Origin: an uncultured Alphaproteobacteria bacterium
GTDB lineage: Bacteria > Pseudomonadota > Alphaproteobacteria > HIMB59 > GCA-002718135
Direction of reading: 5' to 3'
NCBI GenBank assembly: GCA_902595855.1
Contig: CACJRY010000004.1
Location: 1,500-65,499 of the forward strand
Length of the DNA: 64,000 nucleotides
Of the stretch, positions 58,213 to 64,000 are shown one piece after another (position 1 is the first letter of the stretch; each line of letters begins with the position of its first letter). Both the position numbers and the translations under genes were made by a program. Under the pieces are notes generated by a model. That model saw nothing but the letters and a program-made list of their open reading frames with translations. It made no database searches and was not told the origin of the DNA.

Positions 58213-59595
58213 ATGAAGAACGATTATATTTCAGAAATTTACGAAAAAGATAAACTGGTTTTGCATCCTTATGAAAATTTCAATGATAGAGGAACATATA
58301 ACCGAAAATTAATAACTAAATCCGATAATATCTACTTGTATGATGAGAATGGTAATAAGTTCATAGACGGCCCAGGGGGAATGTGGTGCAATAATATTGG
58401 TCATGGAAATAGAGAAATTGGTGAAGCGGTAAAAAATCAAATTGAAAAAATGGATTATTGCAGTCCATTTTCAGAATCTACAGAAATTTCAGCTGAATTA
58501 GCATCTGTATTGGCAGATCTTTCTCCAGGAGATTTAAATACTATTTTTTTTACTTCAGATGGGTCTACTGCAAATGAGACTGCATTAAGATTTGTTATGT
58601 TCTATAATAATATTTTAGGCAAACCCAATAAGAAACATATTATCACAAGAGATAAAGCCTATCATGGAAGTACTTACTTAACTGGATCCATAACTGGGAA
58701 AGATAGAGAAAAAAATAATTTTGATTTTGAAAAGAACTTTATTCATCATTTAAGTTCCCCCCTACCCTACAGAAGACCAAAGGATCAAACTCCAGAACAA
58801 TTTTGTGATTTTCTTGTTAAAGAATTTGAAAATAAAATTGAAGAACTTGGTTCAGAAAATGTCGCTGCTTTTATAGCTGAACCTATCTTAGCTTCAGGTG
58901 GATGTATAGTACCTCCAGAAGGATATTATAAAAAAATATATGATGTTTGTAAAAGAAATGAAATAATATTTATAGCTGATGAGGTTGTGACTGGGTTTGG
59001 AAGACTTGGTCATTTTTTCTCATCAGAAAAAGTTTTTGGAGTAGTGCCAGATATCATTACTTGTGCCAAAGGTATAACTTCTGGTTATTTGCCTTTAGGA
59101 GCCGTTTTGTTTTCAGACAAATTAATAAGTGATCTAAAGCATGACTCATCATTATTTTTTCATGGATACACTTACTCTGGTCATCCTGCTTGTTGTGCAG
59201 CTGCTCTTAAAAATATCGAAATATTAAAAAGAGATAAAATTTTAGAACATGTTCGTGAAATTGAACCTTACTTTTTTGATAAACTAAACACACTTTATGA
59301 ACTTCCAATTGTTGGCGATATTAGAGGAAAAGGTTTGATGGCTGGAATTGAATGTGTAATTAACAAAGATAGCAAAGAAGCGTTGGTTTTGGATAAAGCA
59401 ATTGGCTCAAGAATTGATGAGGAGTCTATAAAATTAGGTCTTATAATCAGACCTCTCTACCATATTTGTGTTCTCTCGCCTGCTTTGATTATAACTAAAA
59501 GTCAAATTGATGATCTTACTGAAAAATTATATCTAGCTATTTCAAACACAATTGATCAATTACAAAAAGAGGGACTCTGGTCTAATCAAAAATGA
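58213..59595 (+). CDS. class III (omega-amine:pyruvate/2-oxoglutarate) PLP aminotransferase
   Basis: 460 aa. FFTSDGSTANE, IADEVVTGFGRLG, PLP-lysine block ITCAKGITSGYLPLGA. Confidence 0.9.
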   Translation: MKNDYISEIYEKDKLVLHPYENFNDRGTYNRKLITKSDNIYLYDENGNKFIDGPGGMWCNNIGHGNREIGEAVKNQIEKMDYCSPFSESTEISAELASVLADLSPGDLNTIFFTSDGSTANETALRFVMFYNNILGKPNKKHIITRDKAYHGSTYLTGSITGKDREKNNFDFEKNFIHHLSSPLPYRRPKDQTPEQFCDFLVKEFENKIEELGSENVAAFIAEPILASGGCIVPPEGYYKKIYDVCKRNEIIFIADEVVTGFGRLGHFFSSEKVFGVVPDIITCAKGITSGYLPLGAVLFSDKLISDLKHDSSLFFHGYTYSGHPACCAAALKNIEILKRDKILEHVREIEPYFFDKLNTLYELPIVGDIRGKGLMAGIECVINKDSKEALVLDKAIGSRIDEESIKLGLIIRPLYHICVLSPALIITKSQIDDLTEKLYLAISNTIDQLQKEGLWSNQK

Positions 59596-60770
59596 TTCTA
59601 AATAGTATTAAAAACTATTTAGATTTTAATATTGTCAGTCCTAGTGTAAAATATTTATCTTTAGTTGCCTTCTGCACAGGCATAATTTTAAGTTATTTTT
59701 ATACAATTTTAGTAATAATTCAAAAATATGCTGGATATTCAGAATTTACAATTGGATTAGTAGCTTCTTTTGGGCCATTAGGACTTATATTTTCAGGATT
59801 TTTTACTACAAAACTATTAAAGAAATTTGGTTTCTATAAAATTATCTTTATCTCAACAGTTGTGCAAGGCTTGTGTATCACTGCAATGTTAGAATTTTTA
59901 AATCCATACAATTTAGCAGTATGGTTTTTTATTCTTGGCATGATGGGTGGTTTGACTTGGATGACTATGGATACGTGGGTGAATGTTGTATCCAATAACT
60001 CAAATCGAGGCAAATCTATAGGAATTTATAATTCCTCTGTTACTACCGGTTTAGCAATGGGTCCATTAATTGTTGGCTTATTCGGAACATCTGGAAGAAT
60101 ACCTATTACTGTTTGCTTAATATTAGTGCTTTTTAAAATAGGAAGTTTGATCAGCATTAAAAAGTATGTAAATCTAGTATCAATTCCAGAACAATCTACG
60201 AAAATGAAATTTTCAATTATTCTAATATCTCCTTTTGTATTCCTCGCAATTTTTTTTGCAGGCATTGAAGATTCTGCATTTTTATCTTTATTTCCAGCAT
60301 TTATGATAAATGATTTTTTCTCAGATAAACAAATTGGAATTTATATTTTTATTGGAGGCATATTTGGCGTTCTTTGCCAACCGTTTGTGGGGGCGCTATC
60401 GGATAATTTTAATAAGCGTTTAATAGTTTTCGTACTATTGTTAGCTCACGTAACCTGGTTAATGTTATTAAAAATATCAAATTCTAACGAAATCATAATT
60501 ATTATAGCTTTAATGATCAGTGGTTTTGCTTCTACAAGCTTATATACTGTAACATTGGCATATCTTGGGGAAAGAATTAGCGTTTCAAATATTGCTTTTG
60601 CTACATCACTTTTTATAATTATATACGAAATAGGTGAATATTTAGGACCTATTATAGTTGGATTTAACATGAATATTTTTGGCAATACTGGTTTCACAAA
60701 TACATTGTTAAGTTTTGCATTTTTTAGTATCATTTTTGGGATAATAAGATCATTATTTTATAAAAAATGA
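59592..60770 (+). CDS. MFS transporter
   Basis: 392 aa, about 12 TM segments in two 6-TM halves. ATGA overlap with the aminotransferase gene. Confidence 0.8.
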   Translation: MILNSIKNYLDFNIVSPSVKYLSLVAFCTGIILSYFYTILVIIQKYAGYSEFTIGLVASFGPLGLIFSGFFTTKLLKKFGFYKIIFISTVVQGLCITAMLEFLNPYNLAVWFFILGMMGGLTWMTMDTWVNVVSNNSNRGKSIGIYNSSVTTGLAMGPLIVGLFGTSGRIPITVCLILVLFKIGSLISIKKYVNLVSIPEQSTKMKFSIILISPFVFLAIFFAGIEDSAFLSLFPAFMINDFFSDKQIGIYIFIGGIFGVLCQPFVGALSDNFNKRLIVFVLLLAHVTWLMLLKISNSNEIIIIIALMISGFASTSLYTVTLAYLGERISVSNIAFATSLFIIIYEIGEYLGPIIVGFNMNIFGNTGFTNTLLSFAFFSIIFGIIRSLFYKK

Positions 60771-61213
60771 GTACTAAAATTATAAAAGCAACTAAGAAAA
60801 ATATAAATGAAGCAGGTTATTTGTTTGATCTTTATCGTCAATTTTACAAATATAAATCTAATATAAAAGCATCTACAAATTATATTAAAGATAGAATTAA
60901 TAAAAAAGACTCTTTTATTTTTTTATGTTTATATCAAAATCAACCTGCTGGTTTCCTGCAGTTATATGAAACATTCGACTCTCTAAATATTAATAAAAAA
61001 TTAATACTTTATGATTTGTATGTTGAGAAAAAATTCAGAAGAAATGGAATTGGAAGAAAACTAATGAATACAGCAAAAAAACTAGCAAAATCCAAAAAAA
61101 TAAAAATTGTTGAGTTATCTACTGCTACAAACAACAAAAAAGCTCAGGCACTTTACGAATCTCTTGATTACAAAAGAGACAAAGAATATTATACTTATTT
61201 TCTTGAATTATAA
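60767..61213 (+). CDS. GNAT family N-acetyltransferase
   Basis: 148 aa. Acetyl-CoA motif A: VEKKFRRNGIGRKLMNTAKKLAK. ATGA overlap with the MFS gene. Confidence 0.8.
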   Translation: MSTKIIKATKKNINEAGYLFDLYRQFYKYKSNIKASTNYIKDRINKKDSFIFLCLYQNQPAGFLQLYETFDSLNINKKLILYDLYVEKKFRRNGIGRKLMNTAKKLAKSKKIKIVELSTATNNKKAQALYESLDYKRDKEYYTYFLEL

Positions 61214-61219
61214 TTTGAT

Positions 61220-61789
61220 ATGGAAAAAGTAAAATTTACAGAAATGCAACATGGAGATAAAGAAGATTACGATCTTCTCACAAAGTTTGAAGATAAATAT
61301 ATAGAAGGAACTGCTGATAGAGTTATCCGTATATTAAAAAATCTTGATTCATCACTTGGCGGATATCAAGTATCAAGGTTAGAGCATTCTCTTCAAGCTG
61401 CTTCGAGAGCACTTAGAGATAATGCAGATGAAGAAATGATCGTGGCTTCTCTTTTGCATGATATTGGCGATGAAATTGCTCCATTAAATCATTCTGAAAT
61501 TTCTGCAGCTGTTTTAAGACCATTTGTTTCTGAAAAAACTCATTGGATAGTTCAACAGCATGGTCTCTTTCAAGCTTATTATTATAATCATCATTATGGG
61601 CATGATAGAAATTTACGAGACAAGTACAAAGGACATCCATTTTATAATGATACAATTAGATTTTGTGAAACGTATGATCAAAATTCTTTTGACCCCACTT
61701 ATAATACTATAAAGTTAGAAGAATTTATACCAATGGTTCATCGAATATTTGATAGAGAGCCACATAAGCACGTCTATTTAGGACTATAA
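61220..61789 (+). CDS. HD-domain protein with PhnZ/TmpB-like (mixed-valent diiron oxygenase) ligand pattern
   Basis: 189 aa. H…HD…H…H…D pattern in contexts resembling PhnZ as I recall it: RLEHSLQAA, EEMIVASLLHDIGD, LNHSEISAAVL, VQQHG, RFCETYDQ. Confidence 0.6.
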   Translation: MEKVKFTEMQHGDKEDYDLLTKFEDKYIEGTADRVIRILKNLDSSLGGYQVSRLEHSLQAASRALRDNADEEMIVASLLHDIGDEIAPLNHSEISAAVLRPFVSEKTHWIVQQHGLFQAYYYNHHYGHDRNLRDKYKGHPFYNDTIRFCETYDQNSFDPTYNTIKLEEFIPMVHRIFDREPHKHVYLGL

Positions 61790-62257
61790 TTATTTTTTTA
61801 ACTTATTTATTAAATGAAGATTTTCTGAATTAAATTTATCTTTATTTTCGTCTATAAAAGATTGGATTAAATCCCGTTTACTATCCTCAAACTCAGTAAC
61901 TCTTCTAGTGCTTAAATCAACATATAAAGAACAAACCTCAGTTGTTGATGCTAAATACTTTTCCTTTTTGTGAATCATCTCTAACTTATAGACTAATCTC
62001 TTTTTATCAAAATCAAGAAAAATTAAGTTCATATCAACCTCGTCATTGACTTTTACTTCCATATCGTAGGTTGTGTGAGACTCTACGGCAAAAGTTGTCC
62101 TCTTTTCATTTTTAGCTGAGTGCTCGCCAATATTAAATTTTTCTAATAATACTTCCCATGAAGAATCAAAAAGATGAATATAGAAAGCCAAATTCATGTG
62201 ACCATTATAGTCGGTCCACTCTGGTAATACTTTTCCTGTTTTTAGATATATAGACAC
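61790..62257 (-). CDS. hotdog-fold (4HBT-type) acyl-CoA thioesterase, betainyl/carnitinyl-CoA thioesterase-like by context
   Basis: 155 aa. VLPEWTDYNGHMNLAFYIHLFD N-terminal catalytic region, typical of YbgC/4HBT-like thioesterases. Divergent from the BKACE gene. Confidence 0.65.
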   Translation of the reverse strand: MSIYLKTGKVLPEWTDYNGHMNLAFYIHLFDSSWEVLLEKFNIGEHSAKNEKRTTFAVESHTTYDMEVKVNDEVDMNLIFLDFDKKRLVYKLEMIHKKEKYLASTTEVCSLYVDLSTRRVTEFEDSKRDLIQSFIDENKDKFNSENLHLINKLKK

Positions 62258-62300
62258 TTGTTAATTTCCTCTAACTGAGATACATCATTTTTTAAGAAAA

Positions 62301-63191
62301 ATGAATAATGAAGTTGTAATAAGTTGTGCTGTAACAGGATCTGGTGATACTGCAAAAAAACATCCTGATCTTCCTATTACTCCAAAACAAATAGCAGAAG
62401 CATCAATAGAAGCTGCAAAAGCTGGTGCAGCTGTTGCCCATATTCATGTTAGAGAAGAAGATGGTAAACCAAGTAGAAAATTAGAATATTACAAGGAAGT
62501 AGCGGATAGAATTCGATCTTCAAATACTGATGTAATAATAAATTTTACAACAGGCATGGGCGGGGATTTTGAAGTTGGCGAAGGAAAGGACCCTCTTAAT
62601 CCAGTAGGCCCAAATACGGATATGATTCATGCTTTAGACAGACTTGAACATGTTGAAGAGTTATTACCAGAAATATGCACGCTTGATTGTGGTTCTCTTA
62701 ATTTTGGTGATACTAATATGACCTTTATTCACACACCTGTTCAATTAAGAGCTGCAGCACAAAAAATGCAAGAATTAGGCATTAAACCTGAAATGGAAGC
62801 TTTTGAAATGGGTCACCTATGGTTTGCTAATCAACTTTATAAAGAAGGATTGGTTGATTCCCCTCCTCTTTATCAGATTTGTTTAGGAATTCCTTGGGGT
62901 GCGCCAGCAACAACCGCCTCAATGAAAGTAATGGCTGATATGATTCCGGAAGGAGCTAACTGGGCTGGATTTGGAATTGGAAGACATCAAATGCCTATGG
63001 TGGCGCAATCTGTAATTTTAGGTGGTAATGTTAGAGTTGGACTAGAAGATAATTTATATTTAGAAAAAGGTGTGCTAGCCTCTAATGCACAACTAGTTGA
63101 AAAATCTGCAAGAATAATCAATGATCTTGGTGCAAAAATTCTTAATCCTGAAGAAGCAAGAAAAAAATTAAACTTAAAGAAACAATTTTAA
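62301..63191 (+). CDS. beta-keto acid cleavage enzyme (BKACE/DUF849), dehydrocarnitine cleavage enzyme-like
   Basis: 296 aa. [12 protein letters not shown]…[35 protein letters not shown], the BKACE TIM-barrel signature. Confidence 0.85.
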   Translation: MNNEVVISCAVTGSGDTAKKHPDLPITPKQIAEASIEAAKAGAAVAHIHVREEDGKPSRKLEYYKEVADRIRSSNTDVIINFTTGMGGDFEVGEGKDPLNPVGPNTDMIHALDRLEHVEELLPEICTLDCGSLNFGDTNMTFIHTPVQLRAAAQKMQELGIKPEMEAFEMGHLWFANQLYKEGLVDSPPLYQICLGIPWGAPATTASMKVMADMIPEGANWAGFGIGRHQMPMVAQSVILGGNVRVGLEDNLYLEKGVLASNAQLVEKSARIINDLGAKILNPEEARKKLNLKKQF

Positions 63192-63193
63192 AA

Positions 63194-64000
63194 GTGCAAG
63201 ACTCTTTTGATACTATTGCAGTTATTGGAACTGGTGTAATTGGTACAGGATGGATTATAAGATTTTTATTTAATAAAAAAAAAGTTAAAGTATTTGATCC
63301 AAGTAAAAAACAAAAAAAATTTTTACTAAATGAGATAAAAAGAACTTCAAAAACTTTAGAAAGATTTTATGCCAAAAAAATTAATTTAGAAAAACAATTA
63401 TTTTTTTGTAATTCAGTTCAAGAAGCAGTCAAGAATGCAGATTGGATACAAGAGAATGCTCCTGAAAATGAAAAGTTAAAAACAAAAGTTATAAAAAATA
63501 TCAGTTTAAGTGCCCCTAAATATGCAATCATAGCATCAAGTTCATCTGGTCTTTTGCCAACAAAAATACAAGCTAAAGCAAAAAATCCAGAGAGAGTACT
63601 AATAGCCCACCCTTTTAATCCGGTCTATCTTCTACCGTTAGTTGAGCTAGTGCCTGGGAAAAAAACAACTAAAGCAAATATTTTAAAAGCGAATAGATTT
63701 TACTCCAAAATTGGTATGAAAACCCTAACATTAAAAAAAGAGTTACCTGGTTATCTTTCTGATAGATTACAAGAATCTATGTGGAGAGAGTCATTGCATA
63801 TCATTAACGAAGGTTATGCATCTACTAAAGACCTAGATGATGCAATTATTTATGGACCTGGTCTTAGGTGGTCATTAATGGGTACTTTTTTGACTTTTCA
63901 TTTAGCTGGTGGAGAGTCAGGCATGAAACATATGCTTGAACAATTCGGACCTGCATTAAAATTACCATGGACTAAACTGAAGGCGCCAAAATTAACTGAT
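63194..64000 (+). CDS. L-carnitine dehydrogenase (3-hydroxyacyl-CoA dehydrogenase-fold), 3' end beyond window
   Basis: Not in the ORF track (no stop in window). GTG start 2 nt after the BKACE stop. My translation: (M)QDSFDTIAVIGTGVIGTGWI…IQENAPENEKLK…IAHPFNPVYLLPLVELV…GPGLRWSLMGTFLTFHLAGGESGMKHMLEQFGPALKLPWTKLKAPKLTD. It matches the blocks I recall from Pseudomonas L-carnitine dehydrogenase. Confidence 0.8.
   Translation, partial: MQDSFDTIAVIGTGVIGTGWIIRFLFNKKKVKVFDPSKKQKKFLLNEIKRTSKTLERFYAKKINLEKQLFFCNSVQEAVKNADWIQENAPENEKLKTKVIKNISLSAPKYAIIASSSSGLLPTKIQAKAKNPERVLIAHPFNPVYLLPLVELVPGKKTTKANILKANRFYSKIGMKTLTLKKELPGYLSDRLQESMWRESLHIINEGYASTKDLDDAIIYGPGLRWSLMGTFLTFHLAGGESGMKHMLEQFGPALKLPWTKLKAPKLTD

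Noticed and set aside
1-64000. CRISPR arrays, transposases/IS elements, prophage genes, toxin-antitoxin or other defence systems, rRNA genes
   Set aside because: I looked for regularly spaced direct repeats, terminal inverted repeats and characteristic protein motifs in all listed ORFs and found none. Every ORF of at least 60 aa outside antisense artefacts has a metabolic, housekeeping or transporter-type assignment.

Overview
AT-rich (about 30% G+C by eye), extremely gene-dense window: about 62 CDS, 1 tRNA, very little intergenic DNA and many 1-15 nt gene overlaps. Alphaproteobacterial hallmarks are a GTTC-N7-GTTC SOS box before recA, a Cys-poor DksA, a eukaryote-type NADP-IDH and a class II DAHP synthase. 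It looks like a streamlined marine SAR11/Pelagibacterales-type chromosome. Positions 1-32.9 kb are housekeeping: guaA, rlmE, an RND adaptor/pump pair, pssA-psd, icd, alaS, recA, dksA, moaA, nadK, tRNA-Leu, map, purB, bolA-grxD, rarD, rpsD, cimA, gltX, nadE, DAHP synthase, glmU, tsaC. Positions 32.9-64 kb form a roughly 31 kb nitrogen-osmolyte catabolic island with four parts. (1) Pau/Puu-like polyamine genes (2 glutamine-synthetase-like, 3 DAO-type flavoproteins) plus agmatine deiminase and N-carbamoylputrescine amidase. (2) A Rieske oxygenase with a TMADH/StcD-like FMN/Fe-S amine dehydrogenase. (3) A PotABC-type importer co-operonic with a TetR regulator and an acyl-CoA dehydrogenase, plus a Tat-signal binding protein. 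(4) A translationally coupled operon of two CrtI/amine-oxidase-fold flavoproteins, a free-standing GcvT-type folate protein, an acyl-CoA dehydrogenase, an ADP-forming acyl-CoA synthetase and a CaiD-like hydratase. That operon is followed by aminotransferase-MFS-GNAT-HD genes and a thioesterase/BKACE/L-carnitine dehydrogenase trio. The most interesting items are the uncharacterised flavoprotein-pair plus GcvT module, and a TTGAAT-N4-ATTCA(A) palindrome found at exactly three promoter regions of the island, which suggests one regulon. Also notable are a PhnZ/TmpB-like HD-domain protein and a 43-aa lipoprotein ORF missing from the ORF track. I saw no rRNA, CRISPR, transposase, integrase, phage or recognisable defence genes.
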